From: the human T2T-CHM13v2.0 reference genome, Homo sapiens
Assembly (NCBI RefSeq): GCF_009914755.1
Contig: NC_060941.1
Length of the DNA stretch: 64,000 nt
Direction: 5' to 3' (one strand)
Shown: piece by piece, positions 15,181 through 28,600 of the stretch
How positions within the stretch are numbered: the stretch's first letter is position 1
How the letters are laid out: every line of letters starts with the position of its first letter
Made by a program: the position numbers and the translations under genes
Notes under the pieces: generated by a model
The model's database searches: none
Seen by the model: only the letters and a program-made list of their open reading frames with translations
What the model was told of the DNA's origin: nothing

Positions 15181-17049
15181 ATAACCCACTGCCTATTCCT
15201 TTTATCTTTGAAGTTACTTAGAGGTATCTACACAGAATTTCATTTTTAACAACCTCCCTTTCTGCCTTCAATTTAATTTCCGTTGGAAAACCCTGGCCAT
15301 GAAATCTGCACTTCTACAGTCTAGGACAGCTTTTTCAAAACTATATTCTGTGAGCTTTTCCATGAAAACGAAGGTTTCTGTGGTCAAAGGCATTTGGGAA
15401 ATAAATGCTGCCTTGGCTATTCCTATCTTGGAGATTCATGATGTATTATATTAAAGAATTCCTGCAATGAATAAATGTGTTTAATATTTTTTAACCAGAA
15501 TTCCCTAAATTCTTTTTGGGCCCTGCATCCTTTTTGTTCATAAACATGTTATATCCCAAACTCCTGATGTTCCATAGGGCTCGTTTTGGGGCATACTCTC
15601 TAGGACCACATGCAACTGAACCTCTTCCTTTAAAATGGCATATTATCACGGTGCCCCACATGAAGATGTGTGACCAAGGGGAGCACCTTGGTGTGGGGCA
15701 TTGTCTGCCTGGAGGAAGGGACATTTTTGATAATTTTCATAGAGTCATTGTCTACTCACTAACCATGAGCCCATAGGGCTGGGTCTACCCAAAGAGGGTG
15801 TCTTTTGTTAACTTACTCCTTGGTGTCCTCTGTGTTGATGGTGGTCAACACCATCACCACCTCCCCAAAAGGTCCTTCCTGTTAGTTAGAATTATCCCCA
15901 GAAGAGTGGTTCCCTCCCTGCTTCCTGACATTCCTGAGAAGTGGAGCCATCCACAAGGCAAGGCAAAAGTGTTCCAGAGGCTCTGCTTTGAGCAGAATGG
16001 GAGTTCCAGATGTTGAGGTGCTGCAGAGCTCTGTCTTAGGTGTGGGATATTTGGAATAATCTCTGCTTCTGGAGTGTTTTTTTTGACCATCTTCCCACCT
16101 GCTGGTGGGCATGATCACCCTCTCATTGCTTACAGTTTGCAGAGAACTCTCGTTTGAGCCCTTCAGCCCTCCTGTAAAGCCAGTGGGTTTTATTTGTCTC
16201 TATTTTACAAACGAGGAAACAGAGGCTCACTCACTTGGCCTGAGTCACGCAGTTAGGAAAGGAAGAGCTGGGATGGGGTCTTGGGTCTGCTTGACCTGGT
16301 CATGCCATTTTCTCTGTCTTCCTACACTGCCTCCATCATTAAACTGCCTGGGCACACATCAAACTGCCACGGGCACATTTCAATTCCTTTCCTCTCCATC
16401 ACCACCCAAATATCTCCTGGACTCCTGGGCCTGGCCTCCTTCCTCTGGGGATTGAGAGGTGGGAATGTTAAGGAAGGGAGATGGCATCTGTGGGGCCGCA
16501 TGGTTTGGCAGGGCAGGAAGGCTGCCTCCTGATGACTGTGGCAGGGATAGGCCTGGCTGTGTCCATCATCCTCGGGATCAATGACCAAGCAGCCACGTGT
16601 GTCTGCGCCTCCTCAGGTGGCTTTACAGACAAGCATCTCTCACCTGCCAGAGCCCACCTCCCATCCTTCAACAGATGTGTTGGCTTCTCTCTCACCCGCA
16701 TGGGACTCACCTCCCACTGGCCTAGGAAATAAGCAGCTTTGAGGTGACCAGCATCTGCAAGAGGCAGCACATTGCTCAGGGCCTTCTCAGCCTGAAGAAA
16801 GGTACGATGGAGGGAGCCCTAATGCAGGAATTCAAGGGTCTGGCTGAGGGGTCTGGGGGAAGTGACAAAACCTCAGCCTCCTTTTCTGGAAAATGGGGAC
16901 AAGGAGTTCTGCCTGACACTCAAGGTCATGGTGAGGGGATTGCCAGGAATATGGAATAGTATGACCCGAGGAATATGGGAGGTGGCTGCAAAAGCCAAAA
17001 TCCATGAAGTCAACCAGAGTTGTCAGAAGCTGTTTTCAAATATACTAAC

Positions 17050-17470
17050 TGCTCTCCAATATGGTAGCCACTAGCCCCCTGCAGCTAGCTAATTTAAATG
17101 AATAAAAATGAAACTGTATTAAAAATTCAATTCCTCTGCAAAGACATAAGGATGATACAATGGACTTTGGGGATTTGGGGAAAAGGGTGGGTGTGGGGTG
17201 AGGCATAAAAGACTACACATTGGGTACAGTGTACACTGCTTGGGTGATGGGTGCAATAAAATCTCAGAAATCACCACTAAAGAACTTATTCATGTAAGCA
17301 AACACCACCTGTTCCCCCAAAATCTATTGAAATTATAAAAAAGTTCAATTCCTCATTCTCCTAGCCACCTTGCAAACACTTGATTGCCACAAGGGGTTAG
17401 TGACTAATGTATTGGACAGAGCAGACAGACAACATTTTCATCAGCCCAGAAGGGTCTATAGGACAGCACT
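17050..17470. mobile_element. MER3-like hAT element split by an L1 insertion
   Basis: ctccaatatggtagccactagcc... resumes after the L1 as ...gtattggacagagcagac...acattttcatc...ggacagcactg. Confidence 0.7.
17137..17338 (+). mobile_element. 5'-truncated L1MA 3' end with TSD
   Basis: gatacaatggactttgggga...gggtacagtgtacactgcttgggtgatgggtgc...aaatctcagaaatcaccactaaagaacttattcatgtaa. TSD aaaa(a/g)ttcaattcctc at 17121-17136 / 17339-17354. Confidence 0.85.
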
Positions 17471-18127
17471 GATCAGATTTTTCTCTAACCTGTTTCTTCT
17501 GCCCCATCCATCCCCTGCCCCTGCTTTAAACCCGTTCTTCATACAGCCTGCTTCCCCAACTCCCCAGTCTCAAAGGAAATCGTCTAAGTGAGTGTGCTGG
17601 TCCATCTCCCAGGGATGACTCAAACTCTCAGCAGCAACGAGACTGGAGTTCTCTTGCAGAAACTGTGTGCACATCTGGCACCCCGAGTGAGATAATAAGA
17701 TCCTGAAAGATGGGGTCTTTTCTCATGCCTCCTGCACCCCTGATGATGACCTGCGCAGTGTTAGCATGTGACAAGTCCTTAATCAAGATTATGAATTTTC
17801 TCTGAATTGGTATAGCTCATCATCCAGTCAGGTTGACTGAGGGTCCAAAAACTTGGGTCAGAACAGTCTTGGTTCAGCTATGAACTCACTGCATGACTTC
17901 AAAGACATCATTACTTCAAGCCAGGCCTCAGGGGAAAGAGAAGGTTGGCCTGGAAGAGATGACCTCAGAGGTTCTTTCCTGCTCTGACCATCTGTGGCTT
18001 TGAGGCAGAACACAGACTTTTTGGGTAGCCTTGTAGACTGCAGCCAGTGCTCAGACCAAGGCCATATCCCACAGGGAACTGTGCTGTGTGAGGATGTCTG
18101 TGATGGGGGTCTGGTACTGAGAGTGCA

Positions 18128-18160
18128 TGTGTGTGTCTGTGTGTGTGTGTGTGTGTGTGT
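18128..18160. repeat. (TG)n microsatellite
   Basis: Directly visible, with one interruption. Confidence 0.9.
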
Positions 18161-19109
18161 ACATGTGCTTTTGCTCCTGAATCAAGATAACAGGCTAGGA
18201 AAGCTACCATTGTCATGGAGGGACATAACTAACTTCTGTTTAGGCTTTGAGTGTGGGGTCTCCATGACTCATTTTATTTCCTTATTTCTCTCTTCTACCA
18301 CACAGATTAGATTAATCATATAAGTTCTGGTGTCTGCAAGAAGGGCCTCTCTTTGGGGACCAAGACTCCACCCCCTGGACTCCGGGTTGTCTACAGGCCC
18401 CCACGGTCCCAGGGCCTGGTTGGCCTCAGGATGCCCTGTCCACCAGCCCTCAGGGATGCCAGAGATCAGAACGGACACAAACCTTCGTCCCTCTGCATCT
18501 GGAAGGGCATTGAGTTGAGAAAAGTACACAGGATCAACAAAGTGTCTCCTCAGAGAGTGGCTGATGGGGCTCGGGGTGCCCTGGCGCCTGAGGTGAGCTT
18601 CCAGATGGCACTGGCGCAGTGACATGTGTGTGGCCATTTTATCTTTCAGTTGGAGGAGCAGAGGACTGGCTGTGATGGGAGGTAAATGGCCACACTCCCG
18701 TCCCTGCAACGGGGTGTTCGTGAGAGAGGGGTGGTGGGAGAGATCCTGGAGTTTGCAGTCAGTCCTCCTGGGGTGGAAGCCCTCGCTGTCTCAGCAGCCT
18801 GGTAAGCCTGGGTATGGTGAGTGCCAGACTCTAGAGTCCAAAGTCAATGGACTCAAGGCACAGGGGTGGCAACAGGTAGGGGCTGGGCTACTGGGGCTCC
18901 ACCCTTTCCTCAGCCCCAACCTGAGGGCCCAGGGCCTCCCTCCTGCTGGAATCTTCCCTCCCCTCCCACTCCCCTGCAGGCTGCTCCCCACGCTCCTCTC
19001 TTGACCCACCTCTGCAGTCCTTCCTGTTATGCCCTGAACGCAGCATTAATCTTACTTTGGGTCCCCCTTAAATCCATGGTTCCCAGTCTTGGGCACCTCT
19101 TTACCTTCT

Positions 19110-19285
19110 CTTCCTGGTGAAATTCTAGAGGCTACCATCACTCCTTGGCTTGTGGCTGTATCACTCCAGTCTTTGCCTCCGTCATCACACTGCCTTCTCT
19201 TCTGTCTGACCTTCCTGAGCCCCTCTTATGAAGACTTCTGTGATTACATCAGGCCCATCTGGATGATCCAAGACCATCTCAAGAC
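19110..19285 (-). mobile_element. MLT1 LTR fragment
   Basis: ttctagaggct...ctccttggcttgtggc...tcactccagtctttgcctccgtcatcaca...gtgattacatcaggcccatctggat. Confidence 0.6.
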
Positions 19286-20004
19286 CCTGCTCAAATACCC
19301 TTGGTGCTTTCCCTGACCCTGTTCCCTGTGATTGTGTCTCTTCCTCTGGGCCGTGATCAAGGACTTGATCTTTTTCACCATAATGTCCTTACTTGGGTGC
19401 AAAGCCTGAGATAGTATACATGGTTTACGAATAGTTTGCTGAAGAAATAAATGAATAAATGAATGCATGAAATAAGCTTTAGGGTCTATACACATGGGTC
19501 TCCCAGGGGCTTACATAGGCACAGGCACGGTGCCAGGTCCCTGAACCCACATCCTTTGGTATTCCAACACTTCCCAGCCCCTCCAGCTTCCCCCAGTGGG
19601 CGGCAGCCTGCTTTCCTTTCAGATCTTCTAATTGGGTCGGGATATTCAGGATGACTGAGAGAGAAAGAGGCTGATCCATCCTTCCCGCCTCTCCTGAAAT
19701 CAAGCCACTCACCTGACCAACCACACCTGTTACTTCAAACCTTCCCCCATGCCTTCCTTCCCCCTACCTACCTTACCTCTCCAGTATTCCCATCCTCTGT
19801 CCCTCTCTCACATAGTAAAAGGTGAGGAAACCCAGGGCATCCCAGCCCAAGCCAGGGACATCTTTATGATCTAGCAGCATGTCACAAACCCCTTGCTGGA
19901 GAGCAGTCCCTCACAGGGTGGGCCAAGACAGCTCACCAGCCTTTCAGAGTCAGGCCTGCAACCCTCCACCATCACCCAATGCCCGGTCCCTGTGCCCAGC
20001 TCAC

Positions 20005-20155
20005 CTGTCTCTCCCCAGATGGGCAGGTACTCATCCTGCTGAATGTCCAGCATGATCTCCAGCCCGTTGCCTGTCCCCCCCTTGACCGTGGTGAGCAGAG
20101 GTTTGCCATCCTCGCCTGAGTTAAACATGTAACACTTCCCATATTTTGTAAACAC
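20005..20155 (-). CDS. ASIC2: Internal coding exon (151 bp, phase 0 to phase 1) of acid-sensing ion channel 2 (DEG/ENaC family, extracellular domain); probably exon 2, the first exon shared by ASIC2a and ASIC2b
   Basis: Translates to [50 protein letters not shown]. It carries the DEG/ENaC 'YGKCYxFN' and '[13 protein letters not shown]' motifs with ASIC2-type residues (ASIC1 reads VFTRYGKCYTFNSG...RLKTMKGG). Acceptor is ...ctccttcag|GTG (AG at 20157-20156); donor is ACAG|gtgagc (GT at 20004-20003). Confidence 0.97.
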
Positions 20156-20205
20156 CTGAAGGAGAGAAGAGAGAGAGAGAGAGAAGCACATGGGTAACTT
20201 CAGAC
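20156..20205 (-). promoter_or_regulatory. ASIC2: 3' splice site of the ASIC2 exon, with a (CT)n polypyrimidine tract and a candidate branch point
   Basis: Minus strand reads ctgaagttacccatgtgcttctctctctctctctcttctctccttcag immediately before the exon. Confidence 0.8.
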
Positions 20206-21759
20206 GGGGGTCCAGAGATTGGCGAGACCCCAGAAATCTGACAGCAGGTCAGAGTCCCCACAGCCCATCACCATCACCGCTCTCAGGAACCAGTGGTTTT
20301 TCATCCTGGCTGTGGGCCTGACTTGTACCAAGTGAAATTTTGGCATCAAAGAGCAAATCTGGATGCCCTTTGGGGTTTGTTGCAGTAGGATCTGGTCTCT
20401 TCTTCCTCTGAGCACTACCTCTGGGAGGTCCTGTTCACTTCCAGGCATTAAATGTCATCTGTAAACTCCTGACCCTTCAGTCCACACCTCCAGCCCTGGG
20501 CTCTCTTCTGGCCTCCAGACACACTAGTTTCACTCATTGTCTTATAAGCATACCTTTGAGATGTGCTTCAAGCAGACCCTGGGCACTCAGCTTGTCCAGA
20601 GGGAACTGATCTTCCTTAGCTTCCCCACCCCATTGGACAATTCTCTTGCACTTCTGTCCCAGGGAACAGCATCGCCATCTGCCAAGGGGTTCAAGTCAGG
20701 CCCTCAGAGTTGCTGCCCACTCCTGACCCAGAGGACCAATCAGGCAGCAGAGCCTATCAATAACCTCTCTACATCTGTCCTGAATTTAGCCTTTTGTCTT
20801 CCTTACTGCTGAAATTTAGGACCCAAGCGTTTTTTGACTGCATCACTCTGGTTTCCTAGCTGGACTTCAGGATTCCAGATGACCTTCTCCAGCCCATCCT
20901 CTAAGGTAACTGTGAGTCATTCTGGAATGCAAACCCTATCACATTAATCCTGTGCTGAAAACCCATTAGAGATCCCTACGCTCTTTAGGCTAGAATTCAG
21001 ACCTGCCACACCCAGTCTTTTGCAATGCCCTCCACCTATTCCTCCTGCCTTTCACTGTGCTGCTTCCCGCCTGAGTCCAGCAGCATCCACTGGAAGGTAG
21101 ACTCCAGGGGCTCAGTGACTACGTCTGCTTACTCATGCTTAGTACATTGCTGGCACACAATAGGGCTCAGTCAACTTTTGCTTGATGAAAGTATGATTAC
21201 AAAGAGGCCCCGTGATGGTGTAGAAAAAGCCCAGGGAAAGGAATGCAGAGATCTTTGTCCAAGTTTTGACATTGCCACTTCTTAGTAGTGTGACTTTAAG
21301 TGAACCAAATAAAACCTCGCAGCCTCAATGTCTCCATCTATAAAATGGGGGTTCTGGTCTTTGGCTTTGCTACCTCTCAAGGTTATTGAGAGGATCAAAT
21401 GAGGTAATGCATGCAAAAGTGCTTTAAAACTGCAAAAGCTTTCTACAAATGCTACGGGTTATGATGATTATATAACTGCTTTCAAACCTCGAGCTGAAGC
21501 CAAATTACATCTGGCAAAATTGGCTGGAAGAGAGCCAGGCTGACTGTATTGGATTCCTGCAGCCACAGAGATTTGGGTCTGGGCCACTTTCCTGAGCATG
21601 CTCCACTGCACTGTCCCATCCTACAGCATGGAGGCCACAGGGAGGCTCTTTGGCTTCCCAGCTTTCAGTGCACAGGCAAGTAAATAACAGAGGTGACTGT
21701 TGCAGGCTGCCTTTCTTATGTAAATCTTTACGGCTAGTTAGAAGAAAGGAAGAGGGGCT

Positions 21760-21965
21760 TCTACCCTGTGCCAGGAACTGTGCTAGATGCTTATCTGTTA
21801 TCTCATTTAACTCTTACAACTGTGACCGTTGGCAGTTATTGCTTTACCTATTGTGCGGAGGAGGAAACCAAGGCCCAGAGAGGTTAAGTGACTTGCCTAA
21901 GGTCACACAGCTAGTAGCAGAAAAACTGAGATTCAAATCTACATCTGTCTGATTCTAACACATGT
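21760..21965 (-). mobile_element. MIR SINE
   Basis: tgtgccaggaactgtgctag...gaggaaaccaaggcccagagaggttaagtgacttgcctaaggtcacacagctagt. Confidence 0.8.
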
Positions 21966-23429
21966 GCCCTTTCTGCTGTGCTGTCCTGGGAGGGACATGA
22001 GGGTTTTCGTCATTGGGACACTTCCTAGCCACATACTGCTCCTTTCTGCCTTGCTTTTCTCATCAGTCCATCAATATTCATATGCATATATTCCTACTAT
22101 GTGCAAGGATTATGGGGACTGCAAAAAAGTACAAGCTCTACTGCTCGCCTTGAAGACCTGTAGGAAGGGGTAGTGAAACATCTATGTTTTTCCTCACTAT
22201 ACGAAACAGCTCTGAGTCCCTGGCCAGCTGCACTATTTCAGGACAGCCAATTCCTATTCTTTCAGCTTCATGGCAGAGGAGAACAGCTGGAATTAATGCA
22301 AAGTCCAAAGCAAATATGCTTTTTCAAAGAACCAAGTTTTTTCATAACTATTGCATATAGCAATTGAACTTGGCAAATGAACTTATCCCATGGAGACGTG
22401 TTCTTGGGGATCACTGTAATGAACAGATAAGAGCATTTCATAAGCACATCCATTGCAAGGCATTGAACACACCTGGAGTGAATTCTGGGGTGCTCCAATA
22501 GAGCTTTTCTTTGTAGACACTCTAAATATCCTCTCTGTCTCTTCAAAATTGCTTAAAATATTAATTTGCCTATCTGTATGAAGGGATTTGCAAGCAAAAG
22601 TAAATTTCAGCTTAGCATCAGATTATTGCAAATTCCAACTCCTTCACCTTTTAGTCCCTGAACTTCAGAATACTGGGCTGGGGTTAGAGAGTAGTGTGGA
22701 CTCCTGAAATCAGCTGTGATCTTGGCCCTGCCAAAGCATGCCCAGTGCCATTGGTGAAGGTGTTGACCCTCCCTAAGCAACTGAAGATGATGACAAGGTG
22801 TAAGAATTGAAAAGGGTCTTAGAGATCATCTTGTTAATCCACCTTACTTTACATATTAGGAAACAGAGTCCCAGGAGAGAGGAAATGACTTGCTAAAGGT
22901 TACACAGCAAGAAAGTGTCCAACTGGGACCCTTTCCTTCCTTTATACCAGCCTCTCTCAGTTTTTCCACTTACAAAAAGAGGTGGAGGGTCTAGCGGGGT
23001 GCTAAGATCCCCCCATCTCTGAACTTCAATTGATCATTGACTGAGTGTCTGCTTTGAGCAGATACAGTGGGAATGGAAGCCTCATGAATTGAAGGCTTTC
23101 CCTGTCAAAGAGGGAGCAGAGAGGTCTTTATAGTGGGAGTGAGTAGAGACTTGTTCCCCATCCTTGACTGCCTCCTTGCTAGGGCTGGTACCCATCCTAG
23201 CCCAGGTAGCAGCTCCTGCAGCTGCCCTTGGTGTCAATGTAATCTTTCCTGCTCCTTCTTCTGGGGGCAGTGTGCTGGGGCAAGTTCACAAACGTGCCAG
23301 GTGTGAGCTGACATAGCTTAGAGCTTGGTCAAGGGTGGCGGTCACCAGAGTAGCAGGGGTGGGGAGCCAGAGGGAGACTGAAGCCAAATCAGAGAGGTGG
23401 CCAAGTGACAATCTATGACAGCTAAATTT

Positions 23430-23955
23430 TTTATCAAGTCAAGACCACCAGCAGAGGCCTAAAATCCTTGTGTGACTTCCTGTTGCATTTAGGATGAAGC
23501 CCCCAGTCCCCACTGGGGCCCTGTATGGTTGAGCCCCTGACACACTTTCTCCCTGCTCTCACAGGCTTCAAACATACTGGCCTCTTCAGTCCCCAGGATG
23601 TGCAGCAAGCTCTTCCCCGCCAGGCATTTCCGCATGCCTAGAGTGTTCTCTGCCTAGAATGTTCTGGCGCGCTTTGCCTGGCCAGCTCCTCCTGATCAGG
23701 CCTCAGCTTGAAAGCCACTTTCTCAGAGAGGTGCTTGGCTTCTCCAGGCTCTCAGCCTTCATTCATATCGGGACTTCTTGTTTTACAACCTCACATCCCT
23801 TATATTTTTCCATTATAGTGTCTATCAAAGTGTGTAACTGGATGGTTATTTACATGATTATTTGTTGGATGTGTTTTCTACCAGACTGTCACCTTCGAGA
23901 GGGCAGGAACTGTGTCTGTTTTATTGAATGAATGAGTGAATGAATGAATGAATGA
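23430..23955 (+). mobile_element. L2 fragment ending in a (TGAA)n tail
   Basis: ccagactgtcaccttcgagagggcaggaactgtgtctgtttt...gaatgaatgagtgaatgaatgaatgaatga. Confidence 0.65.
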
Positions 23956-24942
23956 GAGTCAAGGTGCTGCTGCCACACATTTCCTTGTGCACCTCCAGGA
24001 AATGCCCTTTCTGTGTTGGCTGGCCTCACTTCGTTCTGGCTGGAGCTCATGCTGACATCTTGCCCAGCTCCCCTTCCCTCCCATTCTCTGCTGGAGCCTT
24101 CTCACTTCCCACCTAACTGGACCTAAGCGTTTTTGCTTGCATCTCCATGAAGGCATTAGAGGAAATAATCCTTTTAGGAACTAAGATGACTGGGGACAGT
24201 TTACCTTCCTAGGTGCTGGCGGAGAGGCTCACGGAAAGCGAAACGCCCGCTCCCTGGCTGCATGCCTTTGCTGGTCTCTCCGCCTGGGCTGCTGAGCCTC
24301 CCGCTCCTGCCTGGCTTTTTTCAGAGGATTATTTTCCTCTCTGCTAAACATCAAAAGCCAGAGAGCTATTTACACACAGCGCAATTTTGCTACAAACTTG
24401 GAACAAGATGCAGCTCTTTCTGCATTTTGGGGCACCATGACGTGTAAGAACACACGCTTCAAATTTATGCCTTATCGCCCCCAGCCAGAAAATATAATTT
24501 ATTTAAGTCCAGACTGTCAGGTTGAGCTCACTGCTTCTTCAGACCTGCTATTCTGCCAGGCATTTCTCTGCTTTCCTGGTAAGTGCTGACAGGCCCACTG
24601 TGGATGGCAGGGCTGCATTTGCCGGGTTGCTGAGAGTCTAGAATTGCACTTAGTTGGATTGGTCTGTAAGAATTAATTATGAATTAAGAAAGATGCATGT
24701 TTCAAACCTGGATCTCCAGGAATGGTGGGGGGTGGGGGCTCCTGAGATAAAAATAAGTCCCACAACTATCATTTTCATTCCTAATGCTTGCACAGTGTGT
24801 TACTGTTTAGAGATTGAGATTGCATATACATAGAACTTCAACTTTCTCAATGGCCCTTTGAAGATGGAGGAAAGGAAACTAACAATTCCTTAGCTTCTAC
24901 TTTGTGCTGACCCCAGATTGGCACAGTCATAGTTTTATATAA

Positions 24943-25638
<696 letters not shown>

Positions 25639-28600
25639 TGAGGCTGCTTAAGGCCACAGTGCCAAGGGGTAGCAGAGCTGAGACTCATGGGTGAGACCTT
25701 CCCATCAGAGACATTGAAAGGAAGGGACAGTAGGCTAAAGGCAGCTCACTGACAGCTAGTCAAGTCTGCGGTCATTCTCAATTCCAGTGTTCTCTTTTGC
25801 AAACTGGGCAAGGTAATCATGCCATGTAGTAGATTTGTTTGGGAGGTTACATAATGGACATCTTTACTTCTATACTCGAAGGAAGTACTATGTGTCTGCT
25901 TTTCGGCAGAAGAGAGATGAGTTATTTAAGTTATGAAGACGGGGTCAGAGATTAATTGAAAAATGGGGGTTTGGGGGTTCCTGTGCTCTCTGCTTATGTC
26001 CACACAATACCAAGCTCATCTTAAAGTAGTTAGAGGGGAAGAAAACAGCCACATGCCCCTGCTTGTCTATTCTCTGATGATGTTAAGCCTGCTGCTGGAA
26101 GCCCAGGGTAGCCAATGGGATTCCTGGGGGCCAAGGAGTTCTGTAGAAAGGGAGATGCTTCCATGCACACAGCCCACTTTGAAAATCTACATATGAGTTC
26201 CAGCAGCTGAATTGTAACTAGCTATTGATACAGTGGATACCACCAATCTGAAGTTGACACATTCTAAATCAGATAAACATAGAATAAAGTGTAGAATAAG
26301 GAGAGAGTCTCATTGGTCCTCCAGTAACTCTTCAAGTAGCTCTGAAATCACAGGCTGGCTTTGCTGCCCTCCCTGGAGTGCCTTCAGTGCTAGCCACTTT
26401 ATATCTGCTATCGTTAACTTTTGCAACAGCTCTGTGAAGATAATATTATCATCCCCATTTTACAGATAAGGAAACTGAGGCACAGAAAGGCTGAGCCAGG
26501 TCACAGAGCTGGAGGAGCCAGGGTGAAATCACTCTTGGCCTAATTCCAAAGTCTATACTCTTTGACCCCATCCCTCATAGCCACGGCTCATATCCTTACC
26601 CCTCTCCCAGCCTACTTTGTTCCTGGCAGACTAGTGAGGCTGGTGCTTTGCTGACATTAGAGCTCTCCCACCTGGTAGTGGGGGAGGCACATCTCAGAGT
26701 CAGAGGAACCCGAGCAAAGTGCCAGACACCAAAAATCTTCGCCTCCAAACTTCTTATTTTGCACCTGGGGAGTCTAAGGTTCAGAGGGGTGAAATGACTT
26801 GTCCCAGGTCACGCAGCTAATCTGGAGGGAGAGTAGAGATCTGACCTGGGCTTCATGTCTTGAACCTCTGCTTTTCCTCGAAGCCTTCTGTTTGCACATG
26901 CCAGGGCTTGGAAATAATGGCTAGGATCCTTTTCCTGGAGCATTGCATCCAGGCATAAGAGTAAGATTGGCAGCTGCTGCCAAGCCTAGATGCCAGCCTC
27001 TGGGCTTGGTGTGATCTGCTGGGGTATTCCGCCTTACAGAGTTTGGGAAATGCAAAGTGGAGCCCTTGCTGAGAGGAGTTAGGAGTAGCTAATACCCATG
27101 AAGACACGGTTTTCTGGTCCAATTAATAGTGCAAACAACATTTCTACGCTGTGTACCTACTTAAGAAAATAAATTATGTATAAGCCCCCTTAAGGACTGT
27201 TGAAACATCCACTTACCAGCACACAGCTGGTCCTGCAAGCATCAAACCTTCTAACCTATTCATTAATCCTGACCTTTAGGGCTTCTTCTGGGTGATGGGT
27301 TTCTCATCTCTTCTTGCTTATTACACGTGAAGGAAATGAAATTGCACTGCTCCAAAATGCCTCTAAAACTTAGCTGTTTTTTCTCTTCCCTGAGTCAATT
27401 CCGCTTTCTTCTCAGTGAGCTACTGAAATTTCTCATTAGACTGTTTTCAAAATAATATGCTTGTTAAAGCTAGCCATTTAGTTTTGTTTTGTTTTTCTCT
27501 TTCAAACTCCTCAAATACATTTCACACAATTGGGAAGTGAGAAAGTCTGTCAAATGGGTTACCAGGCTTCCAGTAAACAAAATGAACCTGGCTCTTGTTT
27601 TCTGAAGTTGCAATTAAGGAGCTTGTCAATTAAATGAAGCCAGAGGGATTTATTAGCAAGGAAGCTGCTGTAGATGGTTAGCTCTTTGAAGGTAAAGACT
27701 GGATCTTATTAAAAAACCTGCTTGCTCATTCACCTGTTCCTGAAACAGGAATTTTTTGACCACCTATCATGTTCTAAGAAGTGCTGCATGGCTGTGCTTT
27801 TTCTCACAATGAGTTTAAAAAAGTGATTTCAATAAACACTCATGTAAGCATCTCCATGTGGCAGGTGCTGTTTCTGAAAATAAAGGAGATGAGGCGAATG
27901 TGACCGCAATGCAGCCCCTTTGCCCTTCCCAATCAGGAGGCCACATGTTTTTCAGGACATCATTAATGTCATTCTCCTTAGAGGCTACTTTTTCTGGGGA
28001 GAAAGGGAAGGATAAGCAATCATGTGGAGCATGAGTGGGCACTGTGCTGATTGCTTTGAACGCTCCGTCTGTTAAGGCTCACAAAGCTCTTGGAAGTAGA
28101 TGTTATTCTTCCCAGCTTACAGCGAGAAGACTGAGGCTCTGAGAGGCTGCATACCTAGCCCAAGGTCCTACAGCTAAAGAGTAGTTTGCCTGATTTTTCC
28201 CTTCTTATGTAGGGGTTGTTGGAATAAGGTTTAGCATTATTTGAATGTATGATATGGTAACGTGACCCCCTTCTCCATGCCCTGGGGCCCATCTGCTGTG
28301 ATGTGACATTTCCTGTGCTGCTTTCACTAACTGGCAGAGGCCTTCTAGTCTCCTGCTTCCAAGACTGAAGCACAGCCGGGGCCTTTTCTGCTGGGCAGCT
28401 GTCCAGAGAGCTTCAGACCGTGCAGGAAGAGATGTGTGAATGCTATGCAGGAAAAAGAGCATCAAGCGCCTGCAAATCTGTCTGTTGGTTGGGAAAACAA
28501 CACGAAGGGGAACAACAGGCAAATCTTAGTGTTCTCCTTCAATTGTGTGGACAAATGTGTTCTCCTGGCAGATGACACAGAGGCAGAGGGGAAGGCTGAA

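Noticed and set aside
17168-17200. G-quadruplex-like run
   Set aside because: This is the standard G-rich tract of the L1 3' UTR.
19871-20191. The 106-aa ORF as a standalone gene
   Set aside because: Only 20005-20155 is ASIC2-like and bounded by splice sites; the flanking residues are intronic read-through.
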